DNA of 63,450 nucleotides, counting the filler, from Octopus bimaculoides (Eukaryota), in assembly GCF_001194135.2 (NCBI RefSeq). It is 6 parts of 6 records of this genome, joined end to end, with 100 filler letters (N's around TTAATTAATTAA, not from the genome) between each part and the next. Parts side by side here need not be neighbours in the genome. Positions count along the whole stretch, not along the records: positions 31,378 to 55,699 come from NC_068982.1; 5 more parts are not named here. One strand, given 5' to 3'. The notes below the pieces were generated by a model. That model did no database searches. It had not been told where the DNA came from and worked only from the letters and a program-made list of their open reading frames with translations. Of the stretch, positions 37,182-50,181 are shown piece by piece. Within the stretch, counting starts at the first letter, position 1, and each line of letters begins with the position of its first letter. The position numbers and the translations under genes were made by a program.

Positions 37182-38081
37182 NCAGCAGAACTCCATGCTG
37201 CCGATTAGGTCTTTTCTCTTGAATAGCCGTGTTAAGTTGTTCCATCTGCTGAACATAGAATTCCGCGTTGACCGTTTGGTTCCGTTGAAGCAATTCGTAA
37301 TGGATAATCCTTTCCCAGTCTCACCATACGCACAACATCGTTTTACGCGGAAGAAGATTTTGTTTCACGCGCGGTGCCGCTTGTTTACCGGGGCTAAGCC
37401 ATTCCTTACGCTGCTTCATATTGATGTACAGGCACCATTTTTCGTCGCCAGTAACGATTCGGTAAAGAAATCGTTGCTTGTGTCCATGAGTTGAGCGGTG
37501 ACGTGCAAGCAAACCAGTGGAGATTATGGCTCGCTGATTTTTGTTGTTGTCACCTAAAGCATGCGGAACCGATGCTCAATATTTCTGAACCTGTCCTATC
37601 GAGTGAAGATGCTTCTCTATAACAGTGTGGGAGCATTCCATTTTCTCTGCCAGTGCCCTTGTCGTTTGATGAGAATTTTCGGGCAAAAGTTGGTTTAATC
37701 GCTCTTCATCGAACTCAACTGGACGGCCAGAACGAGGTGCGTCTTTGAGGTCAAAATTTCCATTCTTGAACTTGGCAATCACGAGCGGTTCTTTCAGCTA
37801 TGGCACCCTCTTCATACACAGCACAAATGTTGCGAGCAGCTTTTGCGGCCTTAGAACCTTGATTAAAAGCAAAAAGAAGGAGGTGTCGAAAATGCTCGTT
37901 TTTCTTAACTTGACATTCCCTTTTAATGATCTGAAAATAAACAAAAATTAACTAAAATTAACTAGAAATAAAAATAGATTCCCAAATGATTCAAACATAG
38001 AATTCTCGAAAAAAATAGATTCCAAAATTTTAAAACGCAATAAATTCCAAAATTTAAAAAAACGGCGGGAGCTTAACCCAA
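37182..38081 (-). mobile_element. Mariner (DD34D-type) transposon, frameshifted transposase; 3' part in N gap
   Basis: Minus strand gives ECQVKKNEHFRHLLLFAFNQGSKAAKAARNICAVYEEGAIAERTARD / AKFKNGNFDLKDAPRSGRP / RIVTGDEKWCLY / KTMLCVW / QTVNAEFYVQQMEQL. The start codon reads AGG at 37921. The TIR-like end is TA|TTGGGTTAAGCTCCCGCCGTTTTT at 38081. Confidence 0.93.
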
Positions 38082-38967
38082 TAACATACTGATGTACACA
38101 TGGAAAGGGACTTGAACCCTCGGCCCTCTTTTCTCTTTCACATAGAAAGTGCCATTTTAATCAAAATTAAAAAGTAATATTTTAATAGAATATCATTACT
38201 AGCATGTGTTTTCCAGTTACTGGTTTCACTTTTATTAAATCAATAAAAAAATGTATGTAAAAATATCCAACTCGGTGTAGTCACCAATGTGCACAAACTA
38301 AAATTAATATTTTTTTAATTAATAAATAATTTACAAAACAACAAGTATCTTTTATATTTTCGTGCGAAATTGCTTTTAAGACACAAAATAATTTTAAATA
38401 AATTTAATGAAAATGGCTGGATTATTTATTATTAACTAACACAGTTTTCCCTCATATATAATTACAGTAGATTCATCCGTCCTAGATACACCCATCAACA
38501 TGTAGATTTGTGTATCTGTTACAAATCATTATCACGCAGAAGGGGTAGAAGTATGAAAGGATTTGGTTTCTGAGTCTTGTATTATGAACGAAACAAGTCA
38601 GTCTCTGAAATATCTGTAACGAAACCTGCTTGGATAGATTTATTATTTTTATAATGAGATAAGCGTCCCACAACCACCGCTACGACTACGGTTACGAAAA
38701 GACAAAAATATTTAAATATATATCACCCGAGCTTTTAAGGAAACATAACAAGTTTTCTGACATTCTCAGAAAGGTATTTAATTGTTGAGAACAAACTGTG
38801 TATCTCACAAATAAAACAAAAGCAAGATGTAAGGCCAAAGATCTATCACAAATGTATGAAGATTTAGGAAATAGAGTAGAAAAATCATTGAAATATGTCT
38901 ATTTGTAATGATGTCCTGGAATTTACTAGTGTTGATGTTAATTTATTTGAAGATTAGTCTCATTTTA

Positions 38968-39337
38968 GGAGGCGCAATGGCCCAGTGGTTAGGGCAGCGG
39001 ACTCGCGGTCGTAGGATCGCGGTTTCGATTCCCAGACCGGGCGTTGTGAGTGTTTATTGAGCGAAAACACCCAAAGCTCCACGAGGCTCCGGCAGGGGGT
39101 GGTGGCGAACCCTGCTGTACTCTTTCACCACAACTTACTTCCTGTTTCTGTTGTACCTGTATTTCAAAGGACCAGCCTTGTCACACTCTGTGTCACGCTG
39201 AATCTCCCCCGAGAACTACGCTAAGGGCACACGTGTCTGTTGAGTGCTCAGCCACTTGCACGTTAATTTCACGAGCAGGCTGTTCCGTTCATCTGATCAA
39301 CTGGGACCCTCGTCGTCGTAACCGACGGAGTGCCAAC
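38968..39337 (+). mobile_element. SINE family C, full length (tRNA-derived)
   Basis: A box TGGCCCAGTGG (38978) and B box GGTTTCGATTCC (39021); body and tail shared with 26333-26628 and 26984-27285. Confidence 0.92.
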
Positions 39338-39619
39338 TACCAGTTTCATTTTAATATTTATAAATATATTATAATAATTTTTCTTCACTACTTGAAAAAT
39401 ATGTAACAATTTTAAAGAAAGGAACTTCTCTAACCTTGTCTAATAGTTTAGCAAGTATAGCAGTGTCATCGATAGCTATCGAGGGATTGCACAGGGTACA
39501 TTATTAAAAAGAAACCACAAGTAACAATACTCACAAGTTCGATTCAACAATGACACAGTCTAGTTATGTAAGAAAATCAATATTAAATGAAATCAAGAAA
39601 CCAACAAGATAGTAATGAA

Positions 39620-40780
39620 GGAGAATTGGTTTACAGATAAAAATCGTGTGGAAGGGGTCGGGGCAACAATGGAGTTGCTAACACGAATGGATCATAAAAG
39701 GTGATTCAGAGAAATGTCTTTCACCAAATGCAAAAGTTTTACATGTTTATTGCCATGCACATTGCATGAATCCTCTGTTTTTAGAGAGTATGCAATCCAG
39801 TTGCTATTTTGTCTCTTTGATATTGTAAAAAGGTTATACAGCTTCATTTCACAAGTAACTGGAATGATTTTTTCATACAAATTCGCTAACCCACCAATCC
39901 TAAATCTCAGAACTGAGAATGTTTTCTGGCACAAGGTGACCCTGCTCGGTAGCAGCTCTGAGAACTTTGATAACCTTACAGTAAGTCTTTACGGCTCTGG
40001 TACATTTCCTGATCAGAACCTGAGAGTAGCTCGCCAGATTCAGGAAGCAAAAACGCAGCAGTACTGTTAAGTAACATCGACTTTAAGTTTCGTCTTTACT
40101 TTCAAATGTCAAGACTAGTATTCATGGAGAGAGCGGCTATTTCATGAGTTATTCAACAGCAATACAATGTATATACAATCACTGATGATGTGCTTAAGAG
40201 ACATAATGTTAAAATGTAACTCAGTAAGCTTATGATGCAGATACTGAAGTTCCGACGGAGCTTTTGGTCAAATAATGCCAAGGAAAGTGCCAACGAGATT
40301 CAAGTGTAGTTCTAAATCTTAAAAAGCATTTATCTTGTGAAAGTGTGTTCAGAATGTATGGTACATGTTCCAGAAATTAAGGAATTTACCAGGTGATTTA
40401 CGGGTAAGTTGGAAACAGGAAACATCTAAAGCCACAATATAGCTTAATTGTGCCACTAAACTGAAAGGTCACTGGAGACTGAGGGGGATAAGAAACTTTT
40501 GATAGGAATAAAGGTATTACTCTCATCCTATTCACTGCCAAAAATTACCTGAGATTCACCCGCAGTTATACCGAGGAAAATTACGTCCGTCTTGTTTTCC
40601 CAAGTTGTTTAGCAACTGTAAAGCGTTCCTTTTCCAGACTCAAGTTAGTTTAGTATAAAATTGTACAACCTGTGTGGTGAAGAGACACACACCAATATTA
40701 TACTGCTTAGTACTGAGAAAGACATTAATGTTGATAACGAAGAAATGATAAACACAATGAAGCTCATATCCAACAAGTGA
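39620..40780 (+). pseudogene. hAT transposase fossil (ZMYM1/ZBED-like), many stops and frameshifts
   Basis: RGRGNNGVANTNGS resembles RGQGYDGAxNMSG. PNAKVLHVYCHAHCMN (39724-39771) is the CxxH motif. SLMMCLRDIMLKCNSVSL follows. LVFPSCLATVKRSFSRLKLV*/YKLYNLCGEETHTNIILLSTEKDINVDNEEMI (40591-40780) resembles the hAT dimerisation domain. Confidence 0.8.
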
Positions 40781-41266
40781 ATTCTCTCATGATTTATTAA
40801 AGTATGTTGGCATCCTTATTCTTCAGTCTGTATTTCATTGTAGATAGATGATTAACATTATAAACTTTTGCTTTTGTATTTTCCAGATAAGGGTCAATAT
40901 TTTTCTATTGCTACTTAAGAGCTGTGGCATAGCTAACAGTATATTTCCATAAATCTTTAATTTATAGCTTCACATTATTTCATATTTAAATATATACATA
41001 CAACAGAATATCGTAATTTATATGATGAGCAAGATAAAAGTAAATATGAGCAAAATTGAATAATAATTGTAAATAAACTCCAATATTTCAATATCTCCAT
41101 ATCTTTTGAAAATATTACAATAAAAATATGCCGTTTTTTACAATAAATTTTCGTTTATATTTTCTTGACTCAGTTTTATACTTAAAATAATGCATTGAAA
41201 GCAACAGAACTTAAGAATATTTACTACATGTAAGTTTAACACTTTTTCTTTATGCATAAGCATACA

Positions 41267-41301
<35 letters not shown>

Positions 41302-41311
41302 NNNNNNNNNN

Positions 41312-41348
<37 letters not shown>

Positions 41349-41404
41349 GCTGATTTCAATATATAAAATAAGTCAGGAAAATGTTTTTTTCTTTTCTTTT
41401 CCAG

Positions 41405-41482
41405 CGGAGGCCCTGATTTTCAGAAAGTTTCTCCATATCACTGCAATATCAACATATGCGGTCGCTCACTGTCCATCAAAAG
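41405..41482 (+). CDS. Candidate 78-nt exon (unknown gene)
   Basis: Very strong acceptor tttttttcttttcttttccag and AAAG|gttaga donor; length a multiple of 3. Open frames: GGPDFQKVSPYHCNINICGRSLSIK (phase 2-2) or EALIFRKFLHITAISTYAVAHCPSK (phase 1-1). Confidence 0.35.
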
Positions 41483-42089
41483 GTTAGAAGTCGGCTTAGA
41501 TATATCTTTCTTAATTGTTTTGTAATGCCTCCCAACCTCTTTCTTCTAAAACAATCACAATTATTTAGGTAAACAAGAAAGCCGGTTTATTAACGCGGGT
41601 TTGTATGTCTACTTTGCAATGGCACGAAACATTCTGCAACTTGTCCAATGGATGAAGACATTCCTAGTCTTTCATAATGGTTGAGGCGTATAATGATACA
41701 AAGCTTTTAAAAAGTTATTTCACAGTACAAGACAAACGGAGACTTATATAATAGTGTAAGACATGTACAATATTACAAGCCTTTTTTGAAACTTATATAA
41801 TGAGACACGGCATTGCGTGACTCATACACTCACAAATGTATATTTAGATTATTTTTCTTCAAGCTGTTCTAAAATAACATCAAATGTACATGGGTTAGTG
41901 CTACCATCCTTAGTGTTGCGCTCTAAGTAATTTTAATCAATTATTATTACACCTGTAATTAGAGGCAACAATCAAATTGATAACTAACTTTGGTGAAGGA
42001 AAGCAAGGGAGACAATCGTGGAATTAAAATTAAAATTAAATTTAGATACACTGGGAAAATTTGTCTGATCTTTGACAATATGGTAGCAA

Positions 42090-42129
42090 CTCCAGACATG
42101 TTTCGGTTTTATAAAACTCCTCGATGAAG
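42090..42129 (-). ncRNA. Minimal type-I hammerhead-like motif with altered core
   Basis: Minus strand: cttca-TCGAGGA-GTTTTATAAAAC-C-GAAAC-AT-GTC-tggag. 5-bp stem I, self-complementary stem II, palindromic ACATGT; the core has TC instead of CT. Confidence 0.5.
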
Positions 42130-42562
42130 TATAGTTCTTGCCATACTGCCAGAAGATAGACGACTTGAAAAAGATATAGGTTGTTATTGTGAGTACACAC
42201 TAAATGTTCTATGCTTGAAAGTGTCGATGCAGCTCAGCAAATAATTTATATTGTTACCCACTAAGATAAAGAAGGAGCAACTTTAATATGGCATGTGGCT
42301 ATTTGACAATCTGGAAATATGAGCGAAATTTCCTTCAAATCTTACTCTGTCGTAATTGAGAAAAATGACCAGGAGGGTCAGGCTGGAAAGTCTTTAGTTC
42401 TGTTCAGCCGGGCTAAACAATAACAGCAGCCTTGTCTACACAGTAGTAAGAGAAACGAACTTATCCTGACAGCTACATATTGTTGAGTTTCTCACGTAGA
42501 ATTAAGGTAGGTGACGCGCACGCATACAGACATACATGTACATATACATACGTACATACACA

Positions 42563-42648
<86 letters not shown>

Positions 42649-43001
42649 TGGCCATAAACAGAAAACTTTGAGTAGAAAGAGCAAAAACCAGGCAATCAAG
42701 TCCGGGTGCCTGGTTAACTTAGTTCCTTGGAATCTTTGTCCAATTTATGACACCCGGTCACTAATTAAATAATTATTAATCAGTATATCTACCCTAACCG
42801 CTTTGTCTTTCTTCTTTTATCTTCATATCTCTTCTTCATATTCTCTCACCAGTTCATTACACGTTCACACAAGCTTCAACATACATATACACCAACATAC
42901 ACACATAGACATAAACACACCAAGAAATATTCATACACAAATACACATATACATATACACATACCTACTGACTTTCATACATACATACATACATACATGC
43001 A

Positions 43002-43035
<34 letters not shown>

Positions 43036-43160
43036 CATACACCTTTTACTATTTCATTTTTTCTCTCACATCCCCTCATTGTCAGTTAACATAATTCATT
43101 TAACAGATTTCCCAGCTATTTAACCTCCACCTTTTCTCTCTCACACACACATCACACGCG

Positions 43161-43237
<77 letters not shown>

Positions 43238-43475
43238 ATCTAGCTAGCTAGCTCCTTAATGTCACTCCCCCTCTCTCTCTCTCTCCCTCTTTCTCTCTCT
43301 ACCACAATAATTTCTCTCTATTTCACCCTTATTCTTTCTTTCTCTCTCTCTGTATGTGTGTGTGTGTGTGTGTGTGCATGCATGCATGTATGTATGTATG
43401 TATGTATGTATGTATGTATGTATGTATGTATGTACGTATGTATGCATGTATGTACGTGTGTGTGTTTGCATGTGA

Positions 43476-43522
<47 letters not shown>

Positions 43523-43541
43523 AGCAATTTCTCTCTTTTTC

Positions 43542-43578
<37 letters not shown>

Positions 43579-44894
43579 TCCCAATCTCTGTCTTGCTTCT
43601 TTCACCCCCACATCACCCATCACTACACACCTACTTATTCTGCCCCCAGTTTCATTCCCCTGACCCTATCCTTCTGCAAAATCACTTAACTTTACATCCC
43701 CCACCCTGCAGGACCCTATATCGTGCTATTTGCACCTAAATATAAACACCTTTAACATTTATTGACTGGGAGAAGTAAAAGGATGATTAGTTACTGGCAC
43801 TGAACCCAAACAATTAAGGCTTTATTAGTTTGCAGGACCAGCTATCCCCTAAAACTTTACAGACTCCTTAGATGTCAACTTTATCTGGGTCTAACACTTT
43901 TAAGGGATAATTAGATGCCATGAATATGTTACTCTGAACACATAAACATGGACGCCATCAATACATACCAATGCTAACATATAAAACATAGCGGATTCCT
44001 AACGGCTAAAATATGGCCGCTAAAACTCACGAAATCATAAATCTCCCAGAATGCAGTATTATTTTAATTTTATTTATTTACTTATAGAATGAGGTGGGGA
44101 TTTATAGTTTTTGTAATCCTTTCCAGATTGGTAATAGTTTGTTGTTGTTTAACCCTATGATTGAGCAAGCTTATCATCAAAGACATTCCACATCCCAATC
44201 ATGACCATCTCGTCTTTTAGGAGATATCCAGGACCAGACTATCTCGCATATCTTCTTCCCCTTCCTCACTATTTTGTAAAGCTTCATATTCATTTACTTT
44301 TCTGCTTTTTTTTGTTTTTGCTTCAGTAAACTGCGGCCATTCTGGAGCTCCTTGCGCAAGGCTTTGTAGTCAATTTTATCGACTCAAGTATTTGTTTCAG
44401 CATTCATTTTATGTATCGGACTGTATTTACTCAATGCTTTAATTTTCCGGAATCACGTCCCTTTAGAGAGCTACCCGCTTTTAGGAACTTAAATACGACA
44501 AGGTGTTAATACTGAATTACACTGGTATGCACAAGTGCAAGAACCTATTAAGGATGTACGGCTTTGGAAGAACATGGTAACATATGAGTATAAAGGGATA
44601 GATGTACAGTTGTGTAGGAAAGTGGTAATATATGAGGATAAAGGATGGATGGGAAAATGGTTTTGATATTCTAGATATTGTCGTTCAGGATTAGGAGAAA
44701 TATTACTATTGCTCCTTAAAATATAGGTATGACAGTAGATAAATAATAACAACAGCAGCAGCAGTAGCAGCAGTAACAACATCAACAACGATAACGATAT
44801 GAATTTCGACAACAACAAGCGGAAGATACATAACTTCAGCAACTGTTATCGTCAATAATATTTACAAAACCTCAAAAACAAAGCAAAAGCAATT

Positions 44895-44958
<64 letters not shown>

Positions 44959-46189
44959 TCTACCATAGGCAGAAGGCCAGGAATCCGGGAAGAAGAGAGG
45001 ATACACGAACAAGAACAACGATAACAAGAAAGTGATGTAATATCTTGAACAGAAGTTCCAGATGCACGTTTAATACAGATGCCACTGCAAATTATAAATG
45101 GTGGTGACTTTGGTTTGTTTAATGTTTAAGGAAACAGACAGAATGGCAATGGAGTAAGTAATGAGAAACCCCTGGGTGGTAAACGGTGGTTCGGGTAAAA
45201 ATAGAACAGCTGTGTTATTTTAGGCATATATTGCGTCAGCTTGGTAGTGAGATCATCAATTTGGTAACAAACTTATTTGATGGGAGTTATAATTAGAGCA
45301 AAAAATACAAGGGTTTCATACTTCTTATATTACAAAGAAGTAAAAAAAACCGTCTTCCGCCCTTTTCTGTGGCACTGCCATTAACCACTGGGATATGGAA
45401 CTTTCCTTTTTGCTTCTTTGTTTTCTTTTAATATTTTAACTCCGAGGAGTATCCATAGCTTTTGAAGATCTTCCAAGACAGGCGACAGCAATGCAATTGA
45501 TCTTTCACTACGAGTCATATAGGTTGATGTTTCTAAAGAAACTATGTCGCATGGGTTGATAACAGTTCTGGGGATTAATATTTATGAGCGTTTTTTGCGC
45601 AGGATTTAGAAGATGAAATAAAGCCATAGTACAATACAGATTTTGGAGGTGGTACACTGAAAAAATGAGGACAAAGGCAGGTAAATTGAGCGAATTTGAG
45701 GGTTGTTATAAAGTTTGGTAGTTCAACCGAGCAGGAGATGTCCGAAGAGTCAGATGGAGGATGCAACATGTTATAAAGACTTGCTGGATTGGGAGTCTGT
45801 TGGTGCTTGAATATTTGGTATATTCGGTAGAGCTGAGGTTTCGGAGTGTCTGTGGAAAATCGTGGAATATGAGTATGACTCTTGTGTGGATACACTTATA
45901 TCATATATTATAAGTAGGGTTAGCAGATGTCAAGGGTTAAAGTAGCTTCTGGTCCATGGAGAAGGCTTTTAAGACTTTAAGATTTACTTTTGTCTGTTGT
46001 AGCTGCATGTTTATCACAAAGGTTCATAAAAAATTACGTGGTTTAATTTTTTTTTTTTTTTAGTTTTTTAATTTGCGAAGACCCTGTGAATTGATGAAGT
46101 ACAGGGAGAAAGATTTGTTGCAATTGTGTTTTCCTGAACTACAAACACGATACTGTAATAATGCAGCTGTTAATTATAACTTACGCTAG

Positions 46190-46470
46190 CTTATATTGCC
46201 GATTTTTCTACTGCCATTACTGTAGCTTGTAACCCTCGGAGCTGACTGTTCTCGTACCACATCTACTGAAGCATCCCCGATTCACTCGTCACTCACCCTA
46301 TATTGTCTTCAACCCTAGCCTACTCCAAGCCACACACTAATCAATACACCCAGCCTTTCCTGCTCAGAACATCAGTCCTATGGAATTTCAGCTGCCGTCG
46401 TCTTGATTCCAGAAAACTATTAACTATGTAGACCTCTCTACAAAACAAATCCTTGTCACACTTATTGTGA
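46190..46470 (+). mobile_element. LINE (L2/CR1/Jockey-like) RT C-terminal relic
   Basis: Frameshifted peptides LYCRFFYCHYCSL*PSELTVLVPHLLKHPRFTRHS / PHTNQYTQPFLLRTSVLWN resemble the RT C-terminal motif ...Y..SF..RT..LWN.LP. Confidence 0.65.
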
Positions 46471-46902
46471 CTGAATTATAACCTGGAAATTCTGTTAGAC
46501 TTATATAACTCACATGCCATTTGTCTCAAATTTTTCTGTATACCGAATGTCTTTCCAACAAGCTTTATTCCACTTATTTAATTATTACAGCACAATTTAG
46601 TCACGCTACCTGTTACTCCTGTAAGTGTAACTGTTATCCCACAATCTTATCACACTATTCTGCTACATTCTGAGTTCAAATTCTAAAGCAGATATACCCC
46701 TTCGCTTTGATTGTCAGAATAGGTACAAGTAATACAGCGTTGTCGAGTTAATCGGTAATATATCTTCGATCACAGCCCGTGAATTGCTTTACACAGACGA
46801 CTGTACCAAAGTCACAAATTCGGGTGAAAACCTACAGCTCCTTGCAAATTAACTTAAAAGAGCATCAATCAACTATGGCTTTGCGATCAACACTGGGTAA
46901 AA

Positions 46903-47239
46903 AGATAAAGACCCTCTTCGGTCATGAATGACCATAGGATTGCACCTTGAAAGTTATCCTCCGAGGCACAAGTCCGGGCAAGGTTGTTTATGGAAGACCA
47001 TCATACCCGTGCATACCAACCTCTCCTCTCCACCTCACCGATGTTATCCAAGGGAAAGGCAAATGCCGATACAGCTTGGCACCAGTGACGTCACAACTCA
47101 TTTCTACAGCTGAGTGAACTGGAGCAATGTGAAATAAAGTGTCTTGCTCAAGAGCACAACACACAGTCCGGTCCGAGAATCGAACTCACTACATCATGAT
47201 TGTAAGCCCGACGCTCTAACCATTGAGCCATGCGCCTTC
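46903..47239 (-). mobile_element. SINE family D: tRNA head, V-like body, distinct tail
   Basis: Minus strand gaaggcgcatggctcaatgg...gagttcgattctc...cttgagcaagacactttatttcacattgctccagttcactcagctgtagaaatgag..., with a tail unlike that of 23441-23757. Confidence 0.85.
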
Positions 47240-47349
47240 AACACCAATAAAACAGAAATTAAACCAGTTGTTGCTATGATAACCAACATCTTCGGCGGCA
47301 GCAGTTGCAATAGTGACTACAGCTGTCCACCGAGCATTTCCTGCACTCA

Positions 47350-47930
47350 AGTATTGCTGTAGAGCTTCGGCATTTTACAGGAAACACAGAGCACAACTCA
47401 AAACTTTAAGACTCCAAAGAAAACTACCTCACATACTAAGGAGGAAGTGGCAAGACAGCGGGATCAAAGTGATCTCATTGCGAACAAAGATTTCGGATTT
47501 GAGGACATAGGAACCAAAGTGCATTTGGACTGGGTGGAACATGTTGTTCGCATCGCATGTTCAGCGCTATAATTTGCACCCAGTCTTAAGTTGCAAAGAC
47601 TCTTTAAGTTGCAAAGAGGCACACGATAACAGAAAGGCAAAAAGAAGAGTTAAAACAATGATCTCAGGTTCACGCTGAAACGTTGCAAAAGATCGCATTG
47701 GTTGGCGGCTCATCTGTAGTCAATAATGTGATAAAGACACACTGACCACTAGAAAAGAGAAACTAGTCCGCTCTGCCCAAAACCCAGAAACAAGTCTCAA
47801 CTACTCCGATCACTATGTATATGTGCCTCGCATGTGCAAGAACCTTCAGATCGGGAATTGATTGGCTTGCACACATGCGTATTCATTCCTGGAAGACAGC
47901 AGCAAGAAGATCATCGTCGGCAAACTCAGA
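47350..47930 (+). mobile_element. RTE-clade LINE 3' relic with C-terminal C2H2 zinc finger
   Basis: FYRKHRAQL..LQRKLPHILRRKWQD / KVHLDWVEHVVRI / LQRGTR*QKGKKKS*NNDLRFTLKRC match the RTE RT C-terminus. YMCLACARTFRSGIDWLAHMRIHS at 47818-47889 is the zinc finger. Confidence 0.8.
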
Positions 47931-48429
47931 CAAAAGGCTGAGAGGAGAAGAATAAATCACAATCACTTATTAATCCGCTCCAGTAAGTATATGAAGAATG
48001 AGGCACTGGAACAAACGCTCGGAGTGAAGATGAGTGAAGGTGAGTGAAAAGTAGATTAAAATTTAAACATAACCCGCGAGTATTCAACATAATTCTACTT
48101 AAGTGTCCAACACCACTCAATTCAACATGACCGAACGTTGCTCAGCAGGAATACAAAGGGTGCAGTGAAAATGTTCAAGTAGAAGAACTTTTGATGGCGA
48201 CTACATGCTAAACATGTTGGCGCCTTTTCAAAATGTCAGAGCCTCGTTTCTAATTAGCAGTGAGAATATGGTTGTTAGTAGTTGTGGCAATGGTACTGGT
48301 GGTGGTGGTGGTGGTGGTGGTGGTGGTGTTGACGGAAAATATTTTCATCAAAACTAAAAATATATTTTCTATTTGATGTTTCCATCTGTATCTATGATTC
48401 ATCATTACTACACTTCTAGACATCTTCAT

Positions 48430-48432
48430 CGC

Positions 48433-48508
<76 letters not shown>

Positions 48509-48530
48509 GTCGTCGTCGTCGTCATCACCG
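48430..48530. repeat. (CAT)n/(CGT)n microsatellite
   Basis: Directly visible; source of the poly-H/poly-M ORFs. Confidence 0.95.
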
Positions 48531-49079
48531 ACTTTATCACCTTCATCATCAGCATCACCAGAAGCACCAGTAATCCGACATTACAATGTATATCTTAACA
48601 ACAACAACAACAACAACAACAACATCAGCAACAACATTAACAATAACAACACTATGTATTTCTCCTTTAGACTTCAGGCTCTACATTTTGTGAGTGAAAC
48701 TTAGGAATGTAAACTACAGTATATGACAGGTGCTTATGTTATTCTACAATAGAAGAATGAAAGATGAGGTCGACCCCAGTGTAACAAACACTGTAGCTTA
48801 CTTAGCTCCAACGCCCCTCCGATTCAAGTAACAAACGGACTCAGCACTCTGCTGTTACACTATCCTATAGCGGGCTCATTATTCCACTGATTCAGTCATC
48901 CACTGGTTTTCTCATCACACACAAACACACACGCACACACGTATATACTTAGCTCATCTCTCTATTACCCAATCTTCCATAACTCGCCGCCTTATATACT
49001 AACAAGTATATTAAAGGTTTATAAACCAATAGAGTATCCTCCTTTGTGTTAGCTGTGCGTTGTTTTCATGTTTTAAGTA

Positions 49080-49307
49080 TTGGGTTGTCCGGAAAGTTCG
49101 TGCCGATTTATAGTAGCTTACCTTTCGACTTATTTGCCATGAAACCACCTCAATTCTGAGAAGAGGGTATTTTCAAGTTAGAGGAAAGATGGAGACACAT
49201 TGTGCAACAAAATGGTTCATATTTGGTTGATTAAAAATGTAATGGCAAATATTTATTGACCTTTTTCTTTCCTTTAAACATCGGCACGAACTTTCCGGAC
49301 AACCCAA
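49080..49307 (+). mobile_element. Mariner deletion derivative (228-bp MITE) with perfect 28-bp TIRs and TA TSD
   Basis: TA|TTGGGTTGTCCGGAAAGTTCGTGCCGAT ... ATCGGCACGAACTTTCCGGACAACCCAA|TA. The interior encodes the transposase C-terminus EEGIFKLEERWRHIVQQNGSYLVD*. Confidence 0.95.
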
Positions 49308-50181
49308 TATATTTCTACAGATTTTCTATAGAATTTTAAAGCCAGCACTGAAAGTTATGATACTTCGTACACAAATACGTCCATGTAAACAATGCGACCG
49401 AAGATAGAAAAATAGGTAATGAGTGTACGTGCACATTTCAGGAATTCTTGCTCCCTCTTCAGCACCATCATGCTCCTCCTCCATCACACATCCCATCAAC
49501 ACTCACCTTTCCACTTGACTACCCATCATTTACTCCCTCTTTATTCACGTTCCATTGCATTTGCTATACTATTCTATCGGAGTGACTAAGGAAGGTATCA
49601 CACGATACTCCATACCATCACCCTTTCTGTACTACCACTCATTACTCCCTTTACTCTTAGCCGCTACTATTAACAATTTTAAAGTGTATCTCTACTGCAC
49701 CGCATCTAACCCATTAACTATCCACGAACACATTGCTTAAATAGCCACTAAGTTTAGCAGTGCAACGCCATTGGATAGACCAATTTACATATTAAACACA
49801 TTCCTGATAACTGGTACATGCATGTTTATTGCTGGTAGGGACACCGTATTTCGTTTTCCAACCATAATATATTACCAAGTATATTAAAGGGTTGCAATAC
49901 TGTGTCCTACTGTGTTAGCAGTGCGTTGTTTTCATTTTATAAGTGATGTTGAAGAAGGAACAATAACTCCCGAAATATGCATATACACCCATTACCTATT
50001 TTTCTAGCTTCGATTGCATTGTTTACTTTGGTGTATTCGTGTCCGAAACATCATAACTTCCTGTGCTGGCTCAAAATTCTATAGAAAACCTGTAGAAATA
50101 TACGTAAAACTAAAATGAAAACAACGCAAAGCAGGATACAGTATTGGTTTTTAAACCTTTAATATACTTGTTAGTATATAA

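Noticed and set aside
38968-39035. tRNA gene
   Set aside because: A and B boxes are present, but the sequence continues directly into a SINE body and lacks a closing acceptor stem; it is a SINE head.
45575-45895. 106-aa minus-strand ORF faintly like a LINE RT C-terminus
   Set aside because: Similarity too weak to call.
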